A DNA stretch of 32,000 nt from Methanococcus maripaludis (GCF_002945325.1 NZ_CP026606.1:1110001-1142000), one strand, 5' to 3'. Counted from the stretch's first letter, positions 8,454 to 19,218 are shown. Made by a program: numbers and translations. The notes: a model not told the origin generated them from the letters alone.

Positions 8454-9215
8454 ATGACTCAAAAAAGAGAAATTGCAGTTTTTCTGTCATTTGTATTTTT
8501 TGGATCGGCAATAATCTATTCATTATTTAATATAAATGCCGTAGAGGGTGTAAATTATATCTACACTCAAAATTATATCGTTCCAAACTTAATAACGGCA
8601 GTTCTGTTCGACTGGCGAGGTTTTGACACTCTTGGAGAATGTATGATTCTTGTAACTTCTGTTTTAGTTACCGGAATGGTTTTTGGAAGAGGATTATTCG
8701 AAACAGAATTTTTAAAAGAAGTTTATTCAGACTCTAAACCAGAATCCGATACTGAAATTGGATTTACTTCAATAATTAAAGTTTTAGCAATGCCTTTCAG
8801 TATATTATTAATGGCTTTGGGAATTTCCATAATATTGGGCGGGCACATAACTCCAGGTGGAGGATTTCAGGGTGGTTCTTTAATTGCAGCAGCATATATT
8901 TTAAGCATCGTTGCATTTGGATCAAAAACTCCAATTAAATTTAAACACCACTTTTTAGAGTCTTTAGAATCTTTCGGAGCGATATTATTCATGTCTTTAG
9001 GGGTTCTTGGAATAATTGTTTCAGGGTATTATCTCTTTAATTTTGGAGATTTATTTGGATATCCTGTATTTTTATCCCCTTCAGGACTTGAAAATACTGG
9101 AATTATTCCTTATTTGAATATTGCAGTAGGTTTAAAGGTTTTAGCAGGTCTTTCAACAATTACATTCCTATTAACTGGTGAAAAGGTAGTTAAAGACTAC
9201 ATCGTCAGGGAATAG
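8454..9215 (+). CDS. ehbH: Ehb membrane subunit with MnhB-like domain
   Basis: Contains the MnhB-type motif [16 protein letters not shown] and is polytopic. GGTGG SD 5 nt upstream of the ATG. Confidence 0.7.
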   Translation: MTQKREIAVFLSFVFFGSAIIYSLFNINAVEGVNYIYTQNYIVPNLITAVLFDWRGFDTLGECMILVTSVLVTGMVFGRGLFETEFLKEVYSDSKPESDTEIGFTSIIKVLAMPFSILLMALGISIILGGHITPGGGFQGGSLIAAAYILSIVAFGSKTPIKFKHHFLESLESFGAILFMSLGVLGIIVSGYYLFNFGDLFGYPVFLSPSGLENTGIIPYLNIAVGLKVLAGLSTITFLLTGEKVVKDYIVRE

Positions 9216-9226
9216 TCGGTGATACA

Positions 9227-9487
9227 ATGTACAATTTAGCACTCAATCAAATCATGACTTTAAATTTGAATTTTGTGGCCATTATCGGCGTTTTAGTTGG
9301 TCTTCTTTTGGGATTAAAAATAGAAAATAAAAATAACGTAATTTTATGGTTACTTGGAGCATTAATTATCTCGTATTTAATGGGCCCAACGCCTTATTAT
9401 GAATCAATACCATTTTCACACATATTTTTCTCAGGAATTGTAGGAATTTTAATCGGTAGTGGAATTAAAGGTATTTCCGGGCGATAA
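9227..9487 (+). CDS. ehbI: Ehb small membrane subunit
   Basis: 86 aa with 3 hydrophobic segments. GGTG SD. The stop codon lies 1 nt before the polyferredoxin ATG. Confidence 0.6.
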   Translation: MYNLALNQIMTLNLNFVAIIGVLVGLLLGLKIENKNNVILWLLGALIISYLMGPTPYYESIPFSHIFFSGIVGILIGSGIKGISGR

Positions 9488-9488
9488 T

Positions 9489-10934
9489 ATGATAGTAACA
9501 GACATCAAAAAATGCAGGACTTACGAAGAATGTGAAAACTGTAAAAGCAAGGAAATTTCAAAATGCATGGAAGTTTGCCCGACAAATGCAATAAAAATGA
9601 TTGATGGTAAGGCATTTTCTTGCATTACTTGTGGAACCTGTGCAAAAGAATGTCCGACCGGCGCAATTAAGAAAAACGAATATGGCGGATACTACGTTAA
9701 CAGAAAACTCTGTACTGGATGCGGGATCTGTAAAAATGCGTGTCCTATCGATATAATTGATATAAGGGAAGATTCAACTGGAAAAGCTTATCCTACGGGA
9801 ATGTGCGTAATGTGCGGGCTCTGTACTACTGAATGTCCTTATAATGCAAGACTTTACTTTGACCCGAGCAGCCTTAAAAATACCAAAAATAAAATGTTAA
9901 TGGAAAGATATTCTACAATTTTTAAAATGATGGGTAAAACTTACGAATTCCCTGAACAAAAACACGTAAAAATTGTAAAACCTACTGAAAGAATGTTAAG
10001 GCATTCGATTTCAATAGATTCTGAAAAGTGCGTAGAATGCGGAAAATGTATTTACGTATGTCCTAAAGACACGATTATCGAAGCAGAAATAGTTGACGGA
10101 TGTACAAGATGTAATATTTGTAATGAAGTATGTCCTGTTGATGCAATAAAATACGGTGAAGTTACTGAAAACTGCATACTCTGCGGAAACTGTATTTCAA
10201 AGTGTCCTAAAGATGCTTTAGAAATTTCTGAATTTAAAGTTGTAAAAACAAAAGAAGACGTAAAAGCAAACCCTGAAAAACACTGTATAAACTGCGGTCT
10301 TTGTGTTGATAAATGTCCTTCAAATGCTTTAAGATTTGAGAACGGAAAAATACTCTACGATCCAAAAACCTGTACTTTGTGCAACACCTGCGTTAAAGAG
10401 TGCCCGCAGGGAGTTAGAATAAATAAAGGAGGATTTGTTGACGGCGGATGCGTACTCTGCGAGGTATGTATTAAAGAATGTCCAGAAGATGCAATCTCTA
10501 TTAAAGAAAGGTCAAAATTCACTTCAATTGACAAAAAAGAATGTATTGCATGTGGAACCTGTTCAATGGTCTGTCCAAACGATGCAATAACAGTAAAAAT
10601 TGATAGTTTAAATTTCAGTGGAAATAAGGTTCATTCCGAAGTTATTTTTAATGATAACTGTGTACTCTGCGAAAAATGTGCAATACACTGTCCAAGGGAC
10701 GTTATTGAAAATACGTCAGGATACAAAAAAGTTGTGGATCCTGAAAATTCATACATACGGGTGGATGACGGCTACTGTGTAAAATGTGGGCTCTGCACTA
10801 TAATCTGTCCAAACGATGCAATAGATAAGGGTGAAATAACTACTGAACGTTGCGAATACTGTTCAGCATGTGTTAACATCTGTCCTACAAGAGCTATAAG
10901 AATCTACAGAACATGGAATGAAAAAACCAAATAA
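9489..10934 (+). CDS. ehbK: Ehb polyferredoxin with 14 predicted [4Fe-4S] sites
   Basis: I count 13 canonical CxxCxxCxxxCP motifs plus one atypical N-terminal motif (CRTYEECENC...CMEVCP). This matches the 14-cluster polyferredoxin described for Ehb. I prefer the ATG at 9489 to the GTG at 9459, which overlaps the upstream gene. Confidence 0.9.
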   Translation: MIVTDIKKCRTYEECENCKSKEISKCMEVCPTNAIKMIDGKAFSCITCGTCAKECPTGAIKKNEYGGYYVNRKLCTGCGICKNACPIDIIDIREDSTGKAYPTGMCVMCGLCTTECPYNARLYFDPSSLKNTKNKMLMERYSTIFKMMGKTYEFPEQKHVKIVKPTERMLRHSISIDSEKCVECGKCIYVCPKDTIIEAEIVDGCTRCNICNEVCPVDAIKYGEVTENCILCGNCISKCPKDALEISEFKVVKTKEDVKANPEKHCINCGLCVDKCPSNALRFENGKILYDPKTCTLCNTCVKECPQGVRINKGGFVDGGCVLCEVCIKECPEDAISIKERSKFTSIDKKECIACGTCSMVCPNDAITVKIDSLNFSGNKVHSEVIFNDNCVLCEKCAIHCPRDVIENTSGYKKVVDPENSYIRVDDGYCVKCGLCTIICPNDAIDKGEITTERCEYCSACVNICPTRAIRIYRTWNEKTK

Positions 10935-11466
10935 TTTAAGCAAAGGGATAATCATGACGTTAAAAGGACTTACAAAAGTGTTTATTTCTGGTTTTTACGA
11001 GAATCTGGAACGAATAATTCTCGGAAGCGATAGATACACATCAAAAGAGATGACAGCAGAGATTTTAAAAGGTATTGAACTTCCTAGTTCAGTATTTTCT
11101 GAAATCTGTATTGGATGCGGAGGATGTAAAAACGCATGTCCTACAAATGCTATCGAAATGATACCTGTAGAACCTGTTAAAATTACTGAAACTTATTCCA
11201 AAGAAGCAATTCCAAAAATAGACTATGATAAATGCGTATACTGTTTATACTGTCATGATTTCTGTCCTGTATTTGCCTTATTTAATGAAGTATCTCCAAT
11301 TCACCCAAGGCACGTTGGGGAAGACATTGTTTTAGTAGATCTTTCAAAATTACTGGAAAAACCGATCGAAATTCCTGAAGAACAGCTATCAAAGATTGCT
11401 AAAATACTTTCAATTAACATTTCAGGAATCGTTAAGCGGGAAAAGAAAGCGAACTCAAAAGTGTAA
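10918..11466 (+). CDS. ehbL: Ehb 2x[4Fe-4S] ferredoxin subunit
   Basis: Motifs CIGCGGCKNACP and CVYCLYCHDFCP. The ATG at 10918 overlaps the upstream gene by 17 nt. An alternative ATG at 10954 (MTLKG, with AGGGA upstream) is equally possible. Confidence 0.85.
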   Translation: MKKPNNLSKGIIMTLKGLTKVFISGFYENLERIILGSDRYTSKEMTAEILKGIELPSSVFSEICIGCGGCKNACPTNAIEMIPVEPVKITETYSKEAIPKIDYDKCVYCLYCHDFCPVFALFNEVSPIHPRHVGEDIVLVDLSKLLEKPIEIPEEQLSKIAKILSINISGIVKREKKANSKV

Positions 11467-11475
11467 GGTGTAGTC

Positions 11476-11919
11476 ATGTTAAAAGAGCTTTCAAGAAAGA
11501 AAAATATTCACGTCATGCTTGTTTATACTGGCGGATGTAATGGTTGCGATATTGAAGTTGTAAACTGTGTTTTATCTCCATTTTATGATGCAGAGCAGTA
11601 CAACGTATTTTTAACGTGGAATCCAAGAGAAGCAGATGTTTTGGTAGTAACTGGCTGTGTTACAAAGGCAGTTTCTGCATCACTTAAAAAAATATATGAT
11701 GAAATTCCTGAACCAAAAGCCGTAGTTGCTGCAGGGGCCTGTGCGTTGATGGGCGGTGTTTACAATAATATTGGTGCAGATTTGGGAACTTCCACATTTA
11801 TTGATGGTCCTGTTGAAAATATAATCCCTGTTGACATAAAAGTTCCAGGATGCCCACCAAGACCTGAGGACGTTATCACGGGAATTGTAAAAGCGTTGCC
11901 AAAAATCTTGAATGGATGA
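11476..11919 (+). CDS. ehbM: Energy-converting [NiFe] hydrogenase small subunit (NuoB-like)
   Basis: NuoB/HycG-type cluster ligands are present: [17 protein letters not shown] and VPGCPPRPE. The 147-aa size is typical of group-4 small subunits. Confidence 0.9.
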   Translation: MLKELSRKKNIHVMLVYTGGCNGCDIEVVNCVLSPFYDAEQYNVFLTWNPREADVLVVTGCVTKAVSASLKKIYDEIPEPKAVVAAGACALMGGVYNNIGADLGTSTFIDGPVENIIPVDIKVPGCPPRPEDVITGIVKALPKILNG

Positions 11920-11929
11920 GGAGATAATT

Positions 11930-12925
11930 ATGTTTGAAAATATTTTAACACTGGAAACGTTTGAAATTATCCTTTCAATGATTGGAATTCCATTAATAGC
12001 TTTTGCAATATCTACATGGATCCCAGGAATTCAAAGAAAAATCCAGGCAAGAATTCAGCAAAGAAAAGGTCCATCCATATCTTCTCCGGGTTTTTGGGCG
12101 ATATTTAAGTATTTATACAAAGAAGCAAAAGAACCGGTTTCAGATCTTCCAAAACTCTTCAAATTCATGCCTTTATTAAGTTTTATCATAGTATGGATGG
12201 TTTTGGCATTAACTACTGTTGTACATTTCCACGTTCTTTCAAACGAGATTGGTATAATCGGTCTTTTAAAAATTGAGGAAATGGGCTACATTATAATGGG
12301 TTCACTTGCTTCAACAGTAATGGGAATTCGAATGCCGTTCATTGATGAATGTAAGGGCAGTGGATACTTAAAAACTATAAAAATAACTTTGGGGCAGCTT
12401 TCGGCAGTAAGGGCATTTAAAATGATAACTGTTGGATCATTTCCATTTTATTTAGCAACTTTACTTCCATTTATACCTCATAAATCGATATTTTTGAATA
12501 ATTTAATAGGAAATAGTTTTTTATTTACTTTAGGCGGATTATTTGGAGCTTTAGCATACATTATTGGATATATAATTATGACGAAAGACTACCCATTTTC
12601 AATAATGCACACGAAGGCGGACGTTATAGAAGGCCCTACGATGGAATACTCTGGAAAATACAGGGCACTTTACTTAAGCGTAAAAGAACTTTTAATGATA
12701 ACCCTTGGAAGCTTGTTTGCAACTCTTTACTTGGGAATTGCACCAGATATATTAAACCCGATTACGATAGTAATGAACTTTGCAGTAGCGTTGATATTCC
12801 CGATAATTTCTGCAGTAGTTAGTGCATACACACCAGTATTTACATTCAGGCAGGTTTACCCAGTTTCATTATTTGCAACAGTTCTTGGACTCATTGGAGC
12901 ACTCCTCGCACTCCTTGGAGTTTAA
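11930..12925 (+). CDS. ehbO: Ehb integral membrane subunit, NuoH/HycD-like
   Basis: About 330 aa and polytopic. It immediately follows the small subunit, where group-4 hydrogenases place the NuoH-like anchor. ATG at 11930 with GAGGAG upstream. Assignment rests on position and hydrophobicity, so it is less secure. Confidence 0.75.
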   Translation: MFENILTLETFEIILSMIGIPLIAFAISTWIPGIQRKIQARIQQRKGPSISSPGFWAIFKYLYKEAKEPVSDLPKLFKFMPLLSFIIVWMVLALTTVVHFHVLSNEIGIIGLLKIEEMGYIIMGSLASTVMGIRMPFIDECKGSGYLKTIKITLGQLSAVRAFKMITVGSFPFYLATLLPFIPHKSIFLNNLIGNSFLFTLGGLFGALAYIIGYIIMTKDYPFSIMHTKADVIEGPTMEYSGKYRALYLSVKELLMITLGSLFATLYLGIAPDILNPITIVMNFAVALIFPIISAVVSAYTPVFTFRQVYPVSLFATVLGLIGALLALLGV

Positions 12926-12964
12926 TTATTATCTTACTTTTTTGAATTTAATTTTTAATTAATT

Positions 12965-13258
12965 TTAAGATCTACCGTATGAATTACCAGTTAACACTTT
13001 TAAAACAACTCCAATGAAAAACCCAAATGCGCTGACAATTACTACTGAAATATTATTTGCAAGAATATATGGTCCCATATTTCCAAGCGGGAGGCTGTAC
13101 ACAAGGCTACTGTTTAACATGTGTAGCAGGTACGCTTCATAAATTATAATGTTAAAAATAAGTATTATTGGAAAAGTACTGTAAATCCTATTTGATTTTA
13201 TATAAAATCCTGAAAAAAGTCCGATTGTAAAAAACAGAAGAATTAACAGATAATTCAT
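12965..13258 (-). CDS. Small membrane protein (3 TM), unknown function
   Basis: 97 aa and hydrophobic. GGTGG SD 4-5 nt upstream of the ATG. It starts 12 nt downstream of the moeA stop, so is probably co-transcribed with moeA. Confidence 0.55.
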   Translation of the reverse strand: MNYLLILLFFTIGLFSGFYIKSNRIYSTFPIILIFNIIIYEAYLLHMLNSSLVYSLPLGNMGPYILANNISVVIVSAFGFFIGVVLKVLTGNSYGRS

Positions 13259-13270
13259 AAGACCACCTGA

Positions 13271-14479
13271 TTAAAACAAGTAAACTTCAACGAATTCGTC
13301 CTTTTCATATCCTTCAATATTTTCTTTTATCATTAAGTATCCGTCTGCTTTAGTCATAGATGATAAAACTCCGCTTCCAGTTATTCTTAATGGCTCAATT
13401 TTGGTGAATCCTTCACTTTCTATAAGTTTTACCCTTACAATATCAGTTCTGCCAAGGGAAGATGCAATATTTCGATTTATTTGAAGTTTAACCGATTTTC
13501 GAGGTTTGAAATAATTTGCAATAAAGAGTTCAAACTGTACTGCTGACGCAACAGGATACCCTGAAAGAACGAATAAAAGTTTCTTTTTACCATCAATTTC
13601 CGCTTCTGCAAAGCCAACGGGACGCCCAGGCCTTATCTGAACGCCATGGAAAATTATATTGCCAATTTTTTTAATTATCTCGATTGTGTAGTCCCTATCT
13701 CCTACAGACGTTCCCCCTGTTGTAATTACAACATCATTTTCCAAAAGCACTTTTTTTATTGCTTTTTCAAGTTCTTCACGGTTGTCTGGAACTTTTCTAT
13801 AGGCTGTCGGGGATAAACCCGTTTCTTTTACAAGATCTGAAATCATCATAGAATTTGAATTAACAATCATTGCTGTTTTTTCAAGCTGTTCAACACTTTC
13901 AAGGTCTTCAATATCAAGTAATTCATCCCCTGTTGCAATAACTCCAATTTTTAAAGAGTAACACTTTATTTTTTTTATTCCAAGCGATGAAATAAGGGCA
14001 ACGTGGTAAGGAGTAATTACCTCTCCTTTTTTAATAATAAGATCTCCAGTTTTCACGTCTTCTCCGATTCGGGATACATTTTCATTTGGGTGAACTCCTG
14101 AATATATCTCAACGAAAGAATCGTATTCTTTAGTGTATTCTTTCATTACAACTGCATTTGAATTTTCTGGAAGTTTCATGCCAGTTGAAAGCCTGTAAAT
14201 TTCTTCTTCGTTTATCGAATCAGTTTTAACTAAATTTAAGATAATCGGGTTTGTCTGTGACGCTCCAAAGGTATCTTCTGCAATCACTGCATAGCCGTCC
14301 ATTGCTGAACGATTAAACATCGGGATATTGCAGGGAGCATGAACATTTTCAAAGCAGATTTTACCAAATGCTTTATTTATTTCAATATTTTCAAATTTAT
14401 CCTCTAATATTTCTTCAAATTTTTCAAAAACTTTATTTTTAGCATCACTGCGACTAATCAATTCTTTTACAAATTTCAT
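13271..14479 (-). CDS. moeA: Molybdopterin molybdenum/tungsten transferase MoeA
   Basis: MoeA motifs SAMDGYAV and TTGGTSVGDRDY, and about 400 aa in length. I prefer the ATG at 14479 (GGTG 7 nt upstream) over the GTG at 14488. Confidence 0.9.
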   Translation of the reverse strand: MKFVKELISRSDAKNKVFEKFEEILEDKFENIEINKAFGKICFENVHAPCNIPMFNRSAMDGYAVIAEDTFGASQTNPIILNLVKTDSINEEEIYRLSTGMKLPENSNAVVMKEYTKEYDSFVEIYSGVHPNENVSRIGEDVKTGDLIIKKGEVITPYHVALISSLGIKKIKCYSLKIGVIATGDELLDIEDLESVEQLEKTAMIVNSNSMMISDLVKETGLSPTAYRKVPDNREELEKAIKKVLLENDVVITTGGTSVGDRDYTIEIIKKIGNIIFHGVQIRPGRPVGFAEAEIDGKKKLLFVLSGYPVASAVQFELFIANYFKPRKSVKLQINRNIASSLGRTDIVRVKLIESEGFTKIEPLRITGSGVLSSMTKADGYLMIKENIEGYEKDEFVEVYLF

Positions 14480-14619
14480 ATGATTCACCCGAGGTATTCT
14501 GGAGGAATTTTAAATAACTGTGCTTAAATAGTTTACATTTTAACGAAAGTGCATAAATTAAATACTCATTTGAGGTTAATTATTTTTACTATCTTCGACG
14601 TATTTATAATGGTGAGATT

Positions 14620-15585
14620 TTGAACAAAGATTTAAGGCCTATAATTTGGAACGATTCGGAAAAAACGCTTGTATTAATCGATCAAAGGAAATTACCAAAT
14701 GAATTAGTATATTTTGAATGCAAAAATTACAAAGATGTATGTTTTGCAATAAAAGACATGGTTGTCAGAGGAGCTCCAGCAATAGGCGTTGCGGCAGCTT
14801 ACGGAATGGCTTTAGCTGAATTAAATGGGGAAGATATGGATAAAGCATATCTTGAATTAAAAGAAACACGACCAACTGCAGTAAATCTGTTTTGGGCACT
14901 TGAAAAAATTATTACTGCAAAAAACTCTGGAAAATCACTACTAAAAGAAGCTAAATTAATCCATGAAGAAGATATAGAACTTTGCAGAAAAATCGGGGAA
15001 ATTGGAGAAGTTTTAATTGATGATTGCGATACTATTTTAACGCACTGTAATGCCGGAGCACTTGCAACATCTGCTTACGGTACAGCTTTAAGTGTAATTA
15101 GATTTGCACACTACAACGGAAAAAAAATTAATGTATTATCTGACGAAACAAGACCAAGACTTCAGGGTGCAAAATTAACCTGTTTTGAATTAAATTATGA
15201 AAATATTCTTGTAAAAGCGATATGTGACAATACTGCAGGTTTCATGATGAGTAAAGGGCTTGTTGACAAGATAATAGTTGGTGCTGACAGGATTCTTTCC
15301 GATTATCACGTTTTTAATAAAATTGGAACGTATTCGCTTGCAATACTTGCAAAATACCATAATATTCCTTTTTACGTTGCAGCACCGTATTCTACATTTG
15401 ATTTTGAAAGCAAATTAGAAGATATTGTTATCGAAGAGCGAGATGAATCCGAAGTAACACATATTGATAATGTACGGATTGTGGCAGAAGGGGTTTCTGC
15501 ATACAATTTTGCATTTGATTGCACTCCTCCAGAACTCATTACTGGAATAATCACTGAAAAAGAGATAATTTATCCAAATAAATAA
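14620..15585 (+). CDS. mtnA: MtnA / aIF-2B-I family sugar-1-phosphate isomerase (methylthioribose-1-P / 5-deoxyribose-1-P isomerase type)
   Basis: N-terminal IIWNDSEKTLVLIDQRKLP and RGAPAIGVAAAYG are hallmarks of the MtnA branch of the eIF-2B family. The start is a TTG preceded by GGTGAG. The first in-frame ATG is 46 codons downstream, inside the conserved VRGAPAIG core, so it would remove the conserved N-terminus. Confidence 0.85.
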   Translation: MNKDLRPIIWNDSEKTLVLIDQRKLPNELVYFECKNYKDVCFAIKDMVVRGAPAIGVAAAYGMALAELNGEDMDKAYLELKETRPTAVNLFWALEKIITAKNSGKSLLKEAKLIHEEDIELCRKIGEIGEVLIDDCDTILTHCNAGALATSAYGTALSVIRFAHYNGKKINVLSDETRPRLQGAKLTCFELNYENILVKAICDNTAGFMMSKGLVDKIIVGADRILSDYHVFNKIGTYSLAILAKYHNIPFYVAAPYSTFDFESKLEDIVIEERDESEVTHIDNVRIVAEGVSAYNFAFDCTPPELITGIITEKEIIYPNK

Positions 15586-15776
15586 TCCCAAGTTTTTTTA
15601 TTTTTTTACATTAATTTTAATCAAAACGATTTTAAAATGAAATAAACTAAACTATTGAAAAATATTTTATAATATGCGCTATACTCTACATTACAGTATA
15701 AATACCATAATAATCATTAGTTTTGTTAATGTTTACGAACGAATCAACGAAGAATAAATCTATATTGTAAGGTGAA

Positions 15777-17096
15777 ATGGTGTATTTAATCGCAGATTGG
15801 AGAAGATCACACTACTCAAAAGATGTAATCCCTGAAATGGACGGTCAGGAAGTTACTTTAATGGGCTGGGTTCACTCCATAAGGGCGCTTGGAAAATTAG
15901 CATTTGTAATTTTGAGAGACAGGGCAGGAACAATTCAGGCCGTAGTCCCAAAACAAAAAGTCGATGAAGAAACATTTGAGATTGCAAAAAAATTAGGAAA
16001 AGAAGATATAGTTGCAATCAAAGGAAAAGTTGTTGCAAACGAAAAAGCTCCAAAAGGATTTGAAGTAATCCCTATCGAAATAAGGGTATTAAATAAAGCC
16101 GATGCACCGCTTCCACTCGATCCTTCAGAAAAAGTTTCTGCAGAAATCGATACAAGGCTTGACAAAAGGTTTTTAGATATTAGAAGACCTAAAATTCAGG
16201 CAATATTTAAAATAAGGTCTGAAATGTTGAAATCAATTAGAAAAACATTTGCAGATGAAGGATTTATTGAAGTAAATACTCCAAAATTAGTTGCAAGTGC
16301 AACAGAAGGTGGAACTGAATTATTCCCTATTTCATACTTTGAAAAAGAGGCATTTTTAGGTCAAAGCCCACAGCTTTACAAACAGATGATGATGGCAGGT
16401 GGATTTGACAAAGTATTTGAAATTGCACAGATTTTCAGGGCAGAAGAACACAACACAAGAAGACACTTAAACGAAGCAATTTCAATCGACTCAGAAATGT
16501 CATTTGTAAACGAAAAAGATGCTATGGCAATGCTTGAAAAAGTAGTTTACAACTGCTACAGCGATATCGAATACAACAGACCTAATGAAATAGAACTTTT
16601 AGAATTAAACTGGGAAATTCCTGAAAAAACATTTGATAAAGTAACTTACACCGAAGCAATCGATATTGCAATTGCAAAAGGCGTAGAAATCGAATGGGGA
16701 GAAGATTTATCAAGAGCAGCAGAAAGAGCTGTTGGTGATGAAATGGGTGGCCTTTACTTTATTACAGAATGGCCAACACAGACAAGACCATTTTACACCC
16801 TACCACACAAACACGACAACAAAGTCTGTAAAGCATTTGACTTAATGTACAAAGAACTTGAAATATCATCCGGAGCTCAAAGGGTTCACAAATACGACCT
16901 TTTAGTTCAAAATATTTCAAACATGGGTCTGAATCCAGATTCATTTGAAACATACCTTGAAGCATTCAAATACGGTATGCCTCCACACGCAGGATGGGGA
17001 CTTGGTGCTGACAGATTTGCAATGGTTTTAACCGCACAGGACAACATTAGAGAATGTGTTTTATTCCCAAGAGACAGGCAGAGATTAACTCCATAA
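15777..17096 (+). CDS. aspS: Aspartyl-tRNA synthetase, archaeal type
   Basis: Class IIb motifs [14 protein letters not shown] and GLGADRF, an N-terminal OB-fold region, and 439 aa in length. AGGTG SD. Confidence 0.95.
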   Translation: MVYLIADWRRSHYSKDVIPEMDGQEVTLMGWVHSIRALGKLAFVILRDRAGTIQAVVPKQKVDEETFEIAKKLGKEDIVAIKGKVVANEKAPKGFEVIPIEIRVLNKADAPLPLDPSEKVSAEIDTRLDKRFLDIRRPKIQAIFKIRSEMLKSIRKTFADEGFIEVNTPKLVASATEGGTELFPISYFEKEAFLGQSPQLYKQMMMAGGFDKVFEIAQIFRAEEHNTRRHLNEAISIDSEMSFVNEKDAMAMLEKVVYNCYSDIEYNRPNEIELLELNWEIPEKTFDKVTYTEAIDIAIAKGVEIEWGEDLSRAAERAVGDEMGGLYFITEWPTQTRPFYTLPHKHDNKVCKAFDLMYKELEISSGAQRVHKYDLLVQNISNMGLNPDSFETYLEAFKYGMPPHAGWGLGADRFAMVLTAQDNIRECVLFPRDRQRLTP

Positions 17097-17130
17097 TCTT
17101 TGCTTTTTTTATTAAATCTAATAATACAGA

Positions 17131-17138
17131 TTTATATA
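17131..17138 (+). promoter_or_regulatory. Candidate TATA box (TTTATATA) for the DUF59 gene
   Basis: TTTATATA lies 44 nt before the ATG at 17183, after a T7 run that follows the aspS stop. It matches the commonly cited methanogen TATA consensus. Confidence 0.4.
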
Positions 17139-17182
17139 AAAAGAAATTTAACTTATGTTATTTTCTAAAAAAGGTGAAATTT

Positions 17183-17482
17183 ATGGTTTCTAAAGATGAT
17201 GTATTGAATGCGTTAAAACAGGTAGCAGACCCGCACATGGGCATCAGCATTGTTGATATGGGACTTATAACTGACGTGGAAACTGATGACGAAGGAAACG
17301 TTTCATTTACATTAACTCCTACAAACCCAGGATGTATGAGTGTAATTCACATGGCAGGTGGCGCAAAACAGGTTGTAGCAGATCTTGAAGGCGTTAAAAA
17401 AGTTAACGTTACCGTTAAAGGACACATGATGGAAGAAGATATAAACAAAATATTAAGCGATGAACCAATCGAAAAACAATAA
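17183..17482 (+). CDS. DUF59 / MIP18-SufT-like Fe-S assembly-related protein
   Basis: VADPHMGISIVDMGLI and TNPGCMSV are typical of the DUF59 family. Start taken at the ATG at 17183 (GGTG 7 nt upstream). The track start at 17054 overlaps the aspS 3-prime end. Confidence 0.85.
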   Translation: MVSKDDVLNALKQVADPHMGISIVDMGLITDVETDDEGNVSFTLTPTNPGCMSVIHMAGGAKQVVADLEGVKKVNVTVKGHMMEEDINKILSDEPIEKQ

Positions 17483-17551
17483 TTTTTACTTTTTTCATTT
17501 AGATATATAATTTAAAATTTACGCATTTAAATTTGTTAGAGATGATGTTTA

Positions 17552-18802
17552 ATGTTTCAAAAACCCAAAGGAACCCGGGATTTTTTACCTGAAGAAATGA
17601 AAAAAAGGAAAACAATAGAAAAAAAACTAAGGAAAGTTTTTGATAGCTACAATTTTTCTGAAATAAATACGCCTACATTTGAAAGTTTTGAATTACTCTC
17701 CAAAAAAACTGGCGATGAAATTAGAACACAGCTTTTTGTATTTAGGGACCACGGGGACCGAGAAATGGGTTTAAGGCCTGAGTTGACATCCTCAGTTGCA
17801 AGGTTTTACATAAATGAATTTAAAAACACGCCAAAACCGGTAAAACTCTACTACTTTACGAACTGTTTTAGATACGAAAATCCACAAGCTGGAAGATATA
17901 GGGAATTTTGGCAGATGGGTTCGGAGTTAATCGGAAGTAAAAAGCCAATCGCAGATGCCGAAGTTGTAAATATGGCAATAGAAGGTTTAAAAGAAATTAA
18001 CATGGATTTTGAAATACACATTGGGCATTTAGGTGTTTTAAAAGGTGTTTTTGAAAAATACAATCTTTCAGACGACGAAGGAAACGAAATAAGACGTCTA
18101 ATCGATAAAGAAGACATGGATGGTTTAAAATCTGCCCTGGGTAGAATCGAATCTGAAAAAAACATTGAAATTTCTAAAAAAGTATTTGAAGTTTTAGATT
18201 TAAAAGGCGGAAAAGAAGTAATTCCAATATTAAAGGAAAAATTAGCCGATTTTGAAAGTTCAGTAGCTGCTTTAGAAAATCTTGACAGCATCCTTGAATT
18301 TGTACCTCATGATTACGTTATAAACTTTGGAATTGCAAGAGGACTTGACTACTACACCGGAATGGTCTTTGAAGTTTACGGTAAAAAAGAAGGTGCAAGA
18401 CAGGTTTGTGGTGGCGGAAGGTACGATAATTTAATTGAACTCTTCGAAGGTGAACCAAGCCCTGCAGTTGGTTTTGCTTATGGTTTTGACAGGATTATGT
18501 TAAATATTGACGACTTTGAAGTTGAAAACGAATCAATATTTGTAGTTCCGGTTAAAAGCAGTGAAATGCTTTTAAAAGAATGTTTGAAAATCGCAAAAAC
18601 ATTAAGGGACTCCGGAAAATCAGTAGAAGTAGATTTAATGGGAAGAAAATTAAATAAAGCACTCAACTATGCAAACACGAAAAACATCAAAAAAGTGCTG
18701 ATTGTCGGTGAAAATGATATTATGACTGGAAAAGTATCTTTGAAAAATATGGAAACCGGAGAACAGTCATTAATTGAATTAAATGATATTTTAAATATCT
18801 AA
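17552..18802 (+). CDS. hisS: Histidyl-tRNA synthetase
   Basis: Motif 2 [16 protein letters not shown], His-specific GGGRYDNL and GFAYGFDR, and a C-terminal anticodon-binding domain. Confidence 0.95.
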   Translation: MFQKPKGTRDFLPEEMKKRKTIEKKLRKVFDSYNFSEINTPTFESFELLSKKTGDEIRTQLFVFRDHGDREMGLRPELTSSVARFYINEFKNTPKPVKLYYFTNCFRYENPQAGRYREFWQMGSELIGSKKPIADAEVVNMAIEGLKEINMDFEIHIGHLGVLKGVFEKYNLSDDEGNEIRRLIDKEDMDGLKSALGRIESEKNIEISKKVFEVLDLKGGKEVIPILKEKLADFESSVAALENLDSILEFVPHDYVINFGIARGLDYYTGMVFEVYGKKEGARQVCGGGRYDNLIELFEGEPSPAVGFAYGFDRIMLNIDDFEVENESIFVVPVKSSEMLLKECLKIAKTLRDSGKSVEVDLMGRKLNKALNYANTKNIKKVLIVGENDIMTGKVSLKNMETGEQSLIELNDILNI

Positions 18803-18837
18803 TTGGATTTTAAATTTTTAATAAAATATTTTAAAAA

Positions 18838-19107
18838 TTATTTAAAAAGAATTATTTCGATTGTGGATACGTTAATGGACTTTCCATCTTCTCCTTGTAT
18901 ATGGTCAGTTCCCAAATTTATTTCTTTAATTTTGATTTCAGGCATGAATCTTTTTCTAACCATTTCTTCAACATCAACAGCCCTGCTGATTGCCTTGCCC
19001 CTCGCTTTTACTATTACTTCCTGGGCATTTTCGGAGTTAAATTGAGTAATCACTGCAAGCACGTAGTTCATTACGCCTTTGTTTCCAACGTAAACAATAT
19101 TGTCCAT
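18838..19107 (-). CDS. albA: Alba DNA/RNA-binding chromatin protein
   Basis: [23 protein letters not shown]...[14 protein letters not shown] is the classical Alba pattern. ATG at 19107 with AGGAGGG 6 nt upstream. The track start at 19131 is an upstream extension. Confidence 0.95.
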   Translation of the reverse strand: MDNIVYVGNKGVMNYVLAVITQFNSENAQEVIVKARGKAISRAVDVEEMVRKRFMPEIKIKEINLGTDHIQGEDGKSINVSTIEIILFK

Positions 19108-19141
19108 CGTATCCCTCCTTAAAGTTAACATATTAATTTTG

Positions 19142-19151
19142 ATATATATAA
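19142..19151 (-). promoter_or_regulatory. Candidate TATA box for alba
   Basis: The minus strand reads TTATATATAT, 35-44 nt upstream of the ATG at 19107. Confidence 0.4.
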
Positions 19152-19218
19152 TTTATTAATTAATCCTTATCGCAGGAACGTGAATATTGAGACTATTTAG
19201 AACAGTTTTGGTGCAAAT

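Noticed and set aside
9489-10934. Periodic DNA-level repetition (recurring tgtcc-aaa/gat-gca-ata-like blocks) that could suggest a repeat array
   Set aside because: It is fully explained by 14 tandem CxxCxxCxxxCP ferredoxin modules in one long ORF. There is no spacer-repeat architecture and it is not a CRISPR array.
17054-17182. N-terminal extensions implied by the ORF-track starts. Examples: 17054 for the DUF59 gene, 31988 for the Cys-motif gene, 6210 for atwA, 19131 for alba, 3797/3893/6267/9459/14488/26302 for others
   Set aside because: These extensions begin at TTG, GTG or distant ATG codons without SD sequences. They overlap neighbouring genes or add low-complexity residues. In each case an internal ATG (a GTG for the PRMT-like methyltransferase) preceded by GGTG or GGAGG fits the conserved protein N-terminus better.
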